Source of the DNA: an uncultured Syntrophomonadaceae bacterium
Lineage (GTDB): Bacteria > Bacillota > Dethiobacteria > DTU022
Reading direction: 5' to 3'
Assembly: GCA_964585925.1 (NCBI GenBank)
Contig: CAZPFS010000001.1
Location: 48,221 to 112,220, forward strand
DNA: 64,000 bases
Position numbers and translations under genes: made by a program
The notes under the pieces: generated by a model
Databases searched by the model: none
Seen by the model: only the letters and a program-made list of their open reading frames with translations
What the model was told of the DNA's origin: nothing
Part shown: positions 29,831 to 38,848 of the stretch, one piece after another
Layout of the letters: each line of letters begins with the position of its first letter
Position numbering within the stretch: the first letter of the stretch is position 1

Positions 29831-30868
29831 ATGCGTGAATTAAAAAACTTAGAAGATGTTGATAATTTTAAGGTCGACCGGGAGCGGTTATTTCACAGTG
29901 CCACTCACGAAGAAATTCTGGCAGGGGCTACTACCGATATTTATTTTATTCGTACCAGGGAAATCCTCCATAAGGCCGGTAAGAATAACATCTCTGCCCT
30001 CGCCGAAATATTTAGCAGCCGGAGCGGAATATTTGCCGGTGTGGAAGAGGTGGCCGGTCTGCTAAAGAACAAAAAACTTTCCCTTTGGGCCCTTGAAGAG
30101 GGGGCGGAAATGGCCGCCCGGGAAGTTGTGGCTCGCATCAGTGGTTATTATGATGATTACGGTATTTATGAAACAGCAATTCTGGGCATGCTGGCTTCAG
30201 CCAGCGGTTGGGCCACCGCCGCCAGGGAATGCCGAAAAGCTGCGGAAGGGAAACCAGTGCTTTGCTTCGGGGCAAGACACGTCCACCCGGCAGTAGCCCC
30301 GGTCATGGAAAGAGCCGCAGTTTTGGGAGGGGCGGAGGGGTGCAGTTGTATTCTCGGAGCCAGACTGCTGGGCAAAGAGCCGGCCGGAACCGTGCCTCAT
30401 GCCGCCATTCTGATTGTCGGTGATACGGTGGAAACCGCGGTGCTTTATGATCATCACATGCCTCCCGATGCTCCGCGGATCATATTGGTCGATACGTTTA
30501 AAGATGAGGCCGAAGAATCACTGCGTCTGGCTGGGATTTTGGGCGAACGGCTGCACGGGATCAGGTTGGATACTCCCGGTGAAAGAGGTGGTGTAACGCC
30601 CTACCTGGTAAGAGAGGTAAGGGCCCGTCTTGATCAAGCGGGATATAAGCAGGTCCGCATTTTTGTTTCCGGAGGTGTCACCGCGGAGCGGATGCCGGAA
30701 CTGGTTAAAGCCGGAGCAGATGCCTTTGGCGTTGGCAGCTATATTTCCGGAGCCGGTGCCATAAACATGACCATGGATCTGAAAGAAATAGAAGGAGTGC
30801 CCATCGCCAAACGGGGGCGTATCCCGGGGTTAACGGAAAATCCCCGGCTGAAAAGATATTTGCCCTGA
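29831..30868 (+). CDS. pncB: Nicotinate phosphoribosyltransferase (short, QAPRTase-like type)
   Basis: TDIYF, FGARH, GTVPH, LVDTF, IRLDT, AFGVGS. Confidence 0.85.
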   Translation: MRELKNLEDVDNFKVDRERLFHSATHEEILAGATTDIYFIRTREILHKAGKNNISALAEIFSSRSGIFAGVEEVAGLLKNKKLSLWALEEGAEMAAREVVARISGYYDDYGIYETAILGMLASASGWATAARECRKAAEGKPVLCFGARHVHPAVAPVMERAAVLGGAEGCSCILGARLLGKEPAGTVPHAAILIVGDTVETAVLYDHHMPPDAPRIILVDTFKDEAEESLRLAGILGERLHGIRLDTPGERGGVTPYLVREVRARLDQAGYKQVRIFVSGGVTAERMPELVKAGADAFGVGSYISGAGAINMTMDLKEIEGVPIAKRGRIPGLTENPRLKRYLP

Positions 30869-30994
30869 AATGGAAAATCACGTCCTATGGAGATGATTTA
30901 TAATAAGGCAGGACAATAAACACTGTTGTTGAAAAAGGGATCAGCCCTGTCTAACTATACGGAATTAATATAAAACAGGAAGGGGGCCCTGATA

Positions 30995-32296
30995 ATGGGT
31001 CTTATTAAAGCTGCGTTGGGTGCGGCGGGTGGAACACTGGCCGATCAGTGGAAAGAGTTTTTTTATTGTGAATCTATTCCCAAAGAAATACTGGTCCAAA
31101 AAGGAGAAAAACGAATATCCAGGCGTTCCTCCAATATCAAGGGTAATGAAAATATTATTTCAAACGGCTCCGGCATTGCGGTGGCCGATGGACAGTGCAT
31201 GATCATCGTGGAACAGGGCCAGGTTGTGGAGCTATGCGCGGAGCCCGGCGAATACACTTACGATACCTCCTCCGAACCAAGCATTTTCACCGGTCCCCTT
31301 GGAAAGGGAGTTATTAATACATTCAAAACAATGGGCAAGAGATTTACTTATGGCGGGGATACCGCAAAAGATCAACGGGTCTATTATTTCAATACCAAGG
31401 AATTGATCGACAATAAATTTGGAACACCCAACCCCATACCTTTTCGGGTGGTGGATAAAAATATCAATCTGGATATCGATGTGTCGGTGCGTTGTTCGGG
31501 AGTGTATTCATACAAGATTGCGGATCCGATTTTATTCTATACCAATGTAGCCGGAAACGTGGAACGAGAATTCAACCGGGAAGAAATAGACAGTCAACTG
31601 AAAACCGAATTCATATCGGCCCTTCAGCCGGCATTCGCCCAAATATCGGAACTGGGAATCAGGCCAAGCGCCTTGCCGGGTCATGCCGGTGAACTGGCGG
31701 AGGCGATGAATCAGGAGCTGACCAGGAAATGGGGAGAGCTGCGGGGACTTCAGGTGGTATCCGTCGGACTGAATCCCATTACCTTGCCCGATGAAGATGC
31801 GGAATTGATCAAGCAGGCCCAGCGGGCGGCTATTTTACGCGATCCCACCATGGCGGCCGCAACTCTGACCGGGGCTCAGGCCGATGCCATGAAGGCGGCA
31901 GCGGCAAATGAGGGAGGAGCCATGTCGGCATTTATAGGCATGGGAATGGCTCAGCAGGCAGGAGGAATGAACCCCCAGGGCCTGTTTAACCTGGGGCAGC
32001 AGCAAAAGGCAGAACAGCAGAAAGACGTACAGCAGCCTCCCGGCCAATGGCAATGTGCATGCGGCGCCCAAAACACCGGGAAATTCTGTCAGGAATGTGG
32101 AAAAACAAAGCCCAAAAAGGGGGAACAATGGACCTGCATCTGCGGGGCGGTCAGCAAAGGGAAATTCTGCCAGGAATGTGGGAAACCCAGATCTGCCGGG
32201 GCACGGAGTATTAAATGCGAAAAATGCGGGTGGGAGCCCAAAGATCCTTCCGCTGCACCCAAATTCTGTCCGGAGTGCGGAAACAAATTTGAATAA
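30995..32296 (+). CDS. SPFH/band-7 protein with three C-terminal zinc ribbons (YdjI-like)
   Basis: DQWKEFFY, VADGQCMIIVEQG, KFGTPNPIPFR; C-terminal CxC...CxxC repeats (WQCACG..FCQECG, WTCICG..FCQECG, CEKCG..FCPECG). Confidence 0.8.
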   Translation: MGLIKAALGAAGGTLADQWKEFFYCESIPKEILVQKGEKRISRRSSNIKGNENIISNGSGIAVADGQCMIIVEQGQVVELCAEPGEYTYDTSSEPSIFTGPLGKGVINTFKTMGKRFTYGGDTAKDQRVYYFNTKELIDNKFGTPNPIPFRVVDKNINLDIDVSVRCSGVYSYKIADPILFYTNVAGNVEREFNREEIDSQLKTEFISALQPAFAQISELGIRPSALPGHAGELAEAMNQELTRKWGELRGLQVVSVGLNPITLPDEDAELIKQAQRAAILRDPTMAAATLTGAQADAMKAAAANEGGAMSAFIGMGMAQQAGGMNPQGLFNLGQQQKAEQQKDVQQPPGQWQCACGAQNTGKFCQECGKTKPKKGEQWTCICGAVSKGKFCQECGKPRSAGARSIKCEKCGWEPKDPSAAPKFCPECGNKFE

Positions 32297-32334
32297 ATTG
32301 GGCGCGAATAAAAGATAAAGCGGGGGATCGCCAG

Positions 32335-33411
32335 ATGGCGGAAATGCTGGAATACAAATGCCCTTCCTGCGGGGGAGCAATCGAGTTTGACAGCAGATTA
32401 CAAAAGATGAAATGCCCCTATTGCAATACTGAGTTAGAAGTGGAAACCCTCAAGGCATTGGATGAAGATCTGAAGCAAGAAAATCCGGACTATATAAAAT
32501 GGAACATAGATGAAGGGAATCAGTGGAAAGGCGAAACCGAGGGTATCCGGGTATATATCTGCCAATCCTGCGGTGGAGAGATTATCGGTGATGAAAACAT
32601 GGCCGCTACGAGCTGCCCCTTTTGTAACAACCCGGTGATCATGATGGAGCAGTTTGCAGGTTTGCTCAAGCCTGATTATGTGATTCCCTTCAAACTGAAT
32701 AAAAAAGCCGCCGTTGAGGGGCTTCACGGGCACCTGCAGAAAAAAAGACTTCTGCCAAAGATATTCAAAGATAAAAATCATATTGAAGAAATCAGGGGGA
32801 TCTACGTTCCCTACTGGCTGTTCAACGCAGAGGCCAATGCCAGAATAAGATACAGGGGTTCCAAAATCCAGACCTGGACCGCCGGTGATTATCGGTACAC
32901 AAAAACAGATATTTATTCAATACTGCGGGAGGGAAGCCTGAATTTTGAAAGGGTTCCGGTTGATGGATCAACCAAAATGCCCGATGATCTGATGGAATCA
33001 ATCGAACCCTTTGATTTCAAGGACGCCGTAGATTTTCAAACCGCCTACTTGGCAGGATATTTAGCCGATAAATATGATGTTACCGCTGAAGCAAGCGCAG
33101 GGCGGGCCAATGAACGGGTAAAAGAGAGCGTCGAACAAACATTTCGCTCCACGGTAACAGGTTACGTCAGTGTTGTTCCGGAGCACAGCAGCGTTCAAAT
33201 TGATAACGGGCTGGTAAAATATGCACTTTATCCGGTATGGATACTCAATACTACCTGGAACGGAAACAAATACATATTTGCCATGAACGGTCAAACCGGA
33301 AAATTTGTTGGTGATTTGCCGCTGGATAAAGGAGCCTATTGGAAGTGGTTTGGCATACTGACCGGAATTTTCAGTGTTGCAATCTATATTATAGCGCGGT
33401 TTGCAGGGTAA
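32335..33411 (+). CDS. Double zinc-ribbon membrane protein (YdjG-like)
   Basis: CPSCGG...CPYC, CQSCGG...CPFC, YVPYWLF, LYPVW, AMNGQTGK, and a C-terminal TM. Confidence 0.75.
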   Translation: MAEMLEYKCPSCGGAIEFDSRLQKMKCPYCNTELEVETLKALDEDLKQENPDYIKWNIDEGNQWKGETEGIRVYICQSCGGEIIGDENMAATSCPFCNNPVIMMEQFAGLLKPDYVIPFKLNKKAAVEGLHGHLQKKRLLPKIFKDKNHIEEIRGIYVPYWLFNAEANARIRYRGSKIQTWTAGDYRYTKTDIYSILREGSLNFERVPVDGSTKMPDDLMESIEPFDFKDAVDFQTAYLAGYLADKYDVTAEASAGRANERVKESVEQTFRSTVTGYVSVVPEHSSVQIDNGLVKYALYPVWILNTTWNGNKYIFAMNGQTGKFVGDLPLDKGAYWKWFGILTGIFSVAIYIIARFAG

Positions 33412-33423
33412 AGAGGTAAAAAT

Positions 33424-34254
33424 ATGAGAAAAACAAACCTGTTCCTGATCGGCGCTTTTCTGGGGTTGTTGTTGATCTCGCCATTTTCAGCGGATGCAAC
33501 TGAATGCCCGGGTTCACGACTGGTAGATGAGGCGGGGCTGCTAACGGATGAAGAAAATCGGAACCTGCGGAATACGCTCGATGAAATCAGTGAAAGAATT
33601 CAATTTGACGTGATCATAGTAACTACAAACAGCCTGGAAGGATACAGCGCCACCGAATATGCCGATGACTTTTATGACAGATATGGCTATGGCATGGGGG
33701 AAGGAGACGACGGCATTTTACTGTTGATTGCCCTGGATGAACGTGACTGGGCCATCACCACCTACGGATTCGGAATCACCGCCTTTACCGATGGCGGCCT
33801 GGATTATATGATCTCTAAATTCAAGGGGAAACTGAGCGGGGGGGACTTTGAGGGGGCGTTCAGCAATTTCGCCGAACTTTGCGAAGAACTGGTTATCCAG
33901 GCCAAGACAGGATCCCCTTATGATTCAGGAACACAGTCCGGAAAGTCTACCCAGCCGTTGCCTGGGAAATCCCCATCTCCGTATTGGCCTGTTTATTCGA
34001 TACTGATCGGCGTCGTTATCGCTACCATAATCATGAGCATCATGCGGGGACAGTTAAAGAGTGTGCGCATGCAAACCGCCGCCGGCGATTATGTAAAGGG
34101 CAACAGCCTGGACATCGCCGTCAGCAGAGATTTATTCCTGTACAGTACTGTCAGCAAGGTAAAAATAGAGAAAGCAAAAACCTCTCCCGGTGGATCAAGC
34201 ACTCACGTTTCCTCCTCGGGGAGAAGACACGGGGGATCGAGCGGTAAATTTTAG
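33424..34254 (+). CDS. TPM-domain membrane protein (YdjH/YgcG-like)
   Basis: Signal peptide, RLVDEAGLL, YADDFYD...GILLLI, TM segment, and a Ser/Gly-rich tail (THVSSSGRRHGGSSGKF). Confidence 0.82.
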   Translation: MRKTNLFLIGAFLGLLLISPFSADATECPGSRLVDEAGLLTDEENRNLRNTLDEISERIQFDVIIVTTNSLEGYSATEYADDFYDRYGYGMGEGDDGILLLIALDERDWAITTYGFGITAFTDGGLDYMISKFKGKLSGGDFEGAFSNFAELCEELVIQAKTGSPYDSGTQSGKSTQPLPGKSPSPYWPVYSILIGVVIATIIMSIMRGQLKSVRMQTAAGDYVKGNSLDIAVSRDLFLYSTVSKVKIEKAKTSPGGSSTHVSSSGRRHGGSSGKF

Positions 34255-34329
34255 TAATTGTATCATTAAGTGCAAAATATTAAGGCTAATATAGATTTTG
34301 AACGTCCCAAATGTTCCAAGAATCATAAA

Positions 34330-34370
34330 AAAAAGACATAGCTTTCTCTTACCGGAAACTATGTCTTTTT
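34330..34370 (+). terminator. Intrinsic terminator, probably bidirectional
   Basis: AAAAAGACATAG / CTATGTCTTTTT perfect inverted repeat with A- and T-tracts. Confidence 0.75.
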
Positions 34371-34442
34371 AGCTTAGCTGATATTACCCAAAAAAGCGGC
34401 CAATATAAAAGGTAAATCAAGATAATTGAGGAGGGGCGTCTT

Positions 34443-34874
34443 ATGAACCGGTATTCCTATTACTATCCGGTATTTATTATTGTATTATCTAATGTGCTGT
34501 ACGACATTTCGGCAAAGGCTTTCCCCGAAGAATTAAATGCACAGGCGGGATTGACGGCTTATTACATAATTGCCGCGCTTGTCTCTTTGGCGCTGTTTTA
34601 CCTGACCGGTCAGGCCCGGAATTTGGCGGGGGAACTCAAAAAAGTCAATTGGGCGATCTTTACACTTGCACTGGGGTGCACCGGTATCGATCTGGGGTAT
34701 GTTCTATTATTCCGGGCAGGTTGGAATATCGGCTACGGATCACTGGTATGCAATATTATGGTTGTCGTTATGCTGGCCCTAATAGGAAAAATATTTTTTC
34801 ACGAAAATCTGAACAAATACCACCTGATCGGCATACCGTTGTGTCTGGCTGGCTTTGTATTGATCAATATGTAG
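34443..34874 (+). CDS. EamA/DMT-family half transporter
   Basis: 143 aa, about 5 TM; LLFRAGWNIG motif. Confidence 0.75.
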   Translation: MNRYSYYYPVFIIVLSNVLYDISAKAFPEELNAQAGLTAYYIIAALVSLALFYLTGQARNLAGELKKVNWAIFTLALGCTGIDLGYVLLFRAGWNIGYGSLVCNIMVVVMLALIGKIFFHENLNKYHLIGIPLCLAGFVLINM

Positions 34875-34884
34875 GAGGAGCGTT

Positions 34885-35364
34885 ATGTTTAGCTTATATT
34901 TACCGGTTTTAATCGTGGTTATAGCAAATGTTACATACGATATTAGTTCCAAATCGATTCCCGAGGGGCTGAATGCCTATGCAGGGGTTACAATTACCTA
35001 TTCTGTTTTAGCAATATTTAATTTCCTGGTATTTAAAATCATGAATCCAAAAATTCCAATTATTGTTGAGTGGGCGGAGATAAACTGGGCTGTAGTATTG
35101 TTTGCTTTGGCCTCGATAGGTATTGAAATCGGCTATATACTTCTTTACAGAGCAGGCTGGAACATCAGCCTGGGAGGAATGGTATGCAATACCATGCTGG
35201 CGATCTGCATGTTGCTGGTAGGACGCTTCCTGTTCAGTGAGACTGCTTCTTTAATACAGTTATTGGGCGTTATCCTTTGCGTTGCGGGATTGATTGTTAT
35301 TAACCAGGCGGGTTTCAGAAAAGACCCCCAGAAAGAGATAGAACCCAAAACAGAGCACCTGTAG
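34885..35364 (+). CDS. EamA/DMT-family half transporter, paralog of the upstream gene
   Basis: 159 aa, about 5 TM; LLYRAGWNIS; visibly similar to 34443-34874. Confidence 0.75.
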   Translation: MFSLYLPVLIVVIANVTYDISSKSIPEGLNAYAGVTITYSVLAIFNFLVFKIMNPKIPIIVEWAEINWAVVLFALASIGIEIGYILLYRAGWNISLGGMVCNTMLAICMLLVGRFLFSETASLIQLLGVILCVAGLIVINQAGFRKDPQKEIEPKTEHL

Positions 35365-35444
35365 AAATCTCCCTGCGGTAGAGCCGTGATTCCTAGCCCC
35401 TGGTTAAAGTGATATTTGTATGCGAATAGTTTATTAGGTAGCGC

Positions 35445-36830
35445 CTATAAGCCGGCTCTCGCGGTGGACCTTCTGAAATCAGCAATCAGCTCTTGGCGAT
35501 TGGCAGGCCCTGTTTTCTTAAAAATATTGCCCACATGGAACTTGACTGTACTTTCGGAAATATAAAGGGCAGCGGCTATCTCGGCATTTGATTTGCCCTG
35601 TATGATTAGGCTGAAAATCTCTTCTTCACGCCCCGACAAATTATAGTGGGTTACATACGCGGTGAACCGTTGCCGTTCCTGAGCCTCCGGATTTATATCC
35701 GGCTCGTACAGTCTTTGGTAAAGCATGAAGAAAAGGACTACCAAAAGAATGGAAATTACACCAGTAAAGAGGATTAGCGGTGTACCGGTAAGTTGTTCGG
35801 AACCCAAGGTGCCGGCTGCCTCGCCCAAACGGCCGGCGGCAAGCCCCAGGGCGGCCAAGGCCGGAAGGTTCATATTTTCCGATATGTCAGCAAAAACAAT
35901 CGCCCGGAAAACTGATAAATACCCCAGAAAAAGATAGGCCATCACCCACATTATGGTCACTCCGGTCAAGTTTTCGCCAAGGGCCAAAGCTAAGAAAGGG
36001 AAAACCAGCGCTGCCAGGCAGGATACTCCACCCCAGCGGCGGCTTTTGTCACTGATAAACCCGGCAACAATAAGCCCGATGGCGTAAAAGGCCCGGGTAA
36101 GCTCTATATATACACCGCCGCCGGCGGCGCTACTCAGCGGAAATGAAAACCCCAGCATATTTAACGTGAACATCAGGAAGACCACTGCAGCCATCAAAGG
36201 GAGGAGCCCCCGGCTGAGGTGAAATCTCAATCGAGAAGGGTTTTGTGTTTCCGGGGGAAGAGGAGGGAGGAGCCACAGAAGCAACAGAGATAAAAGAAAA
36301 AGTATAGCTAAAGCAATAAAGCTCTGATTGTTCCAGAGATAACGCCCACCCATCGGCAGGGATAACAGCCAGGTCCCCAAGCTGCCCAGAGCGTAGGCGG
36401 AGCCGTAAAGAAGCCCCCGCCGCTGCCGGGGGATATCGGTGGACAAGCGGGTTAGATAACAGCCGGAGAGAAGGCCGATCGCTATATTAAGTACTATCCC
36501 GGCGGTGATGACGACTTTTAACGAAGGCGAAAATGCAGCCAGAGCGGTGCTGGCAATCAAAACCACGCTGGCACCTAAGGGCAGCCCCCGCCCTCCGGCA
36601 AAGCGGGGCTGTTTGGCGAAAAGTAATGATGTTACACCAACTCCGGCGGCCTGAAAGAGATAGTATAGCCCACAGACCAGCAAATTGGCACTGCTGCCGT
36701 CGAGAAAACCCAGCAGGCGGTAGGTCTGCATAATATATGCGGTTCCGCTCCATAAAAAATTAACGCCGATTAGAGCAGCGACAAATAAAATATGGAGCCT
36801 TGATTTTCTTCTTGTGCAAATCCCGTTCAT
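35445..36830 (-). CDS. 12-TM (MFS-like) sensor fused to a LuxR-family HTH
   Basis: About 12 hydrophobic segments with GFISDKSRR in a loop; C-terminal LSGREEEIFSLIIQGKSNAEIAAALYISESTVKFHVGNIFKK. Confidence 0.85.
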   Translation of the reverse strand: MNGICTRRKSRLHILFVAALIGVNFLWSGTAYIMQTYRLLGFLDGSSANLLVCGLYYLFQAAGVGVTSLLFAKQPRFAGGRGLPLGASVVLIASTALAAFSPSLKVVITAGIVLNIAIGLLSGCYLTRLSTDIPRQRRGLLYGSAYALGSLGTWLLSLPMGGRYLWNNQSFIALAILFLLSLLLLWLLPPLPPETQNPSRLRFHLSRGLLPLMAAVVFLMFTLNMLGFSFPLSSAAGGGVYIELTRAFYAIGLIVAGFISDKSRRWGGVSCLAALVFPFLALALGENLTGVTIMWVMAYLFLGYLSVFRAIVFADISENMNLPALAALGLAAGRLGEAAGTLGSEQLTGTPLILFTGVISILLVVLFFMLYQRLYEPDINPEAQERQRFTAYVTHYNLSGREEEIFSLIIQGKSNAEIAAALYISESTVKFHVGNIFKKTGPANRQELIADFRRSTARAGL

Positions 36831-37053
36831 TGCCCAACCCCCTATTCCTATTTATCTAATAATTATCATATATTGAACAAATATCCAAGGGGAAGGTTAT
36901 CGGCGCTTACCTGGACTACTACCATACCTTCTGTTTAGGGAACTATACTTTTTCCAGCCTATTCCCGGAAAGGGGTTTGCCGATAAAAATATGTATATAG
37001 ATATAAGTGATGGTCAAAGAACATTTAAACCATAATTATGGGAGGTGGCCTTT

Positions 37054-37503
37054 ATGAAAAAAAATAGGCTATTGAGAATCAGGTTTCTAGTTGCGGTTGT
37101 AACTATTTTAACGTTGGGGATGGCTTTTTCCACGGTATCGGCGGGGGTGAGTGGCGAGGGAGGCGGTCCTAGTAATTTAGGTGACCCGGATTCTATTGAG
37201 GGGGCTTATGTGGGTCAGGAAACAATTCCGGGGAATGATGAAGGAACGGGGGGGGAATCCGCTTCTGGGAATGGTGAAAGGACGGGAAAGGAGGAATCCT
37301 CCTCGGGGAATAATGGAGGGGAGGAGGCTCCGCCCGAATCTTCTACTGACGGTGAAGAAGAGGAGGCTACTATCCTAGTGAGCGAAGCTCCAGAGGAACT
37401 TCCCCGCACCGGGGGTAGCTACCAGCCCTACCTGGCCGGCGGTTTTTTCTTGGTTCTAGCCGGCTTGGCGCTAATATTTAATAAATATTTTGAGTTTGTT
37501 TAA
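37054..37503 (+). CDS. Small sortase-anchored surface protein (LPRTG)
   Basis: Signal peptide, Gly/Glu/Ser-rich acidic body, ELPRTGG followed by a TM; RBS GGGAGG before ATG 37054; directly upstream of a sortase. Confidence 0.75.
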   Translation: MKKNRLLRIRFLVAVVTILTLGMAFSTVSAGVSGEGGGPSNLGDPDSIEGAYVGQETIPGNDEGTGGESASGNGERTGKEESSSGNNGGEEAPPESSTDGEEEEATILVSEAPEELPRTGGSYQPYLAGGFFLVLAGLALIFNKYFEFV

Positions 37504-37508
37504 CTACT

Positions 37509-38171
37509 ATGGGAGAGCGTAAGCAGAGGGTCAGGGGGGCATTACGGCCACATTTAACCCTTTTGGGAGGGGTAATTATTCTGGCCGGGGTTGCCTTGGC
37601 CCTTTCCCCTTTTTTAAAAACCGCTTACTTGCGAAGCAGCAATAACCAGGCCCTGAATGCTCCGGTCCCCTTGCCTGAACACGAAAGGATAGATCTATCT
37701 CCCCCTTCATCCACTTTGCCCCCTCCCCCGGAAATCCCTCGAGTCCTGATCCCCGGAGAGGGGGTATTAACCATACCGGCCCTAAATATAGAAGTTGGGG
37801 TGGGTTACGGAGTGGAGCCGGAGGATCTAAATAGGCAGCCTGGTTTCTATCCCCAAAGCCAGCCTCCCGATCAAGGTAATGTCTGCATCGCCGGTCACCG
37901 GCTTACCTGTGGCGACTGGTTCCTCCATCTGGATCAGTTAAGTCCGGGGGATGATATTTTGCTTCTTTACCAGGATAGATTATATAGCTACCGCGTTGAA
38001 AGGGTTTTTGTTATCGCCAACGATGACTGGGAAGTAATCGCTCCCACTAGCTTCCCGGTGATTACCTTAACCACTTGCCACCCCCCAGGCCGGCATACGG
38101 AACGGCTTGTTGTCCGGGGTTCCCTGATCGATATTAAAAATAATGGTGGCACCTCTGAGGAAGGGCTTTGA
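37509..38171 (+). CDS. Sortase (class D/E-like)
   Basis: N-terminal TM; catalytic triad motifs IAGHR, ITLTTC and RLVVRG. Confidence 0.9.
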   Translation: MGERKQRVRGALRPHLTLLGGVIILAGVALALSPFLKTAYLRSSNNQALNAPVPLPEHERIDLSPPSSTLPPPPEIPRVLIPGEGVLTIPALNIEVGVGYGVEPEDLNRQPGFYPQSQPPDQGNVCIAGHRLTCGDWFLHLDQLSPGDDILLLYQDRLYSYRVERVFVIANDDWEVIAPTSFPVITLTTCHPPGRHTERLVVRGSLIDIKNNGGTSEEGL

Positions 38172-38800
38172 TTGCCTAGGAGTTAAAGGCAAATTCCATT
38201 TTGAATTCCTTAAATAATTTTATTACATGTTGATGGAATAAATTAAGGCCGAAATCAATATCACAAATTATTTGTTCTTCAACATATTCTCCATATTTAC
38301 TCCGCCGGTAATGGCTAGGTCATCTACCAGCCCGCCTTTAAGAGATTCTGGTGTATATAACGAACCACTGTAAGAAAGTGACTACTGTTTTCAACCACTT
38401 CACTTCCGTAATGATCCTGGCATTAAGAACCCCGGTGACCATATTTCCAGTTATACCAATAGACATAACTAGCACCAATACGCCTAAAAGCAATGACCAG
38501 GTTTTCTGTTTCTTCCTTCATTAGCAAATGAAGGTGATTGTCCATCAAACAATAAGCGTAAATTACATAGCCGCTCTTTTTTGGGTGTATTTTTAATGTG
38601 TCTATGTGCTTTCGATAATCTTCATCATCTTCAAAATATATTTAATGGTTAATAACCCCTTCGCATCACGTGATAAATTCCAGTGCTGCTTTTCTCCCTC
38701 GCTGAGTGGAGATAGGATCAGTGCCTAGACTATGATCGGAATGTTAGGCTAAATGATACTGAGGCTAACAAATTTATTGGAAACGTATCCGGTGTCCTTA
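38172..38800. pseudogene. Decayed REP-associated tyrosine transposase (RAYT, Y1 HUH), apparently split by an inversion
   Basis: Minus strand about 38185-38710 reads AREKSSTGIYHVMRRG / FEDDEDYRK / YAYCLMDNHLHLL (HUH) / RRIGASYVYWYNWKY / LTVVRYIHQN, with stops and frameshifts. Plus strand has TTG-CCT-AGG (MPR) at 38172 and DQCLDYDRNVRLNDTEANKFI from 38716. Confidence 0.75.
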
Positions 38801-38802
38801 TA

Positions 38803-38827
38803 GCACAAAAGAACCGTCCCCATGTGT
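38803..38827 (+). repeat. REP-like sequence next to the RAYT remnant
   Basis: GCACAAAAGAACCGTCCCCATGTGT: AGAACCGTCCCC core flanked by CACA/TGTG, the type of element I associate with Bacillota RAYTs. Only one copy seen. Confidence 0.45.
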
Positions 38828-38848
38828 TTCTGCAAGGTTATTTGCCCG

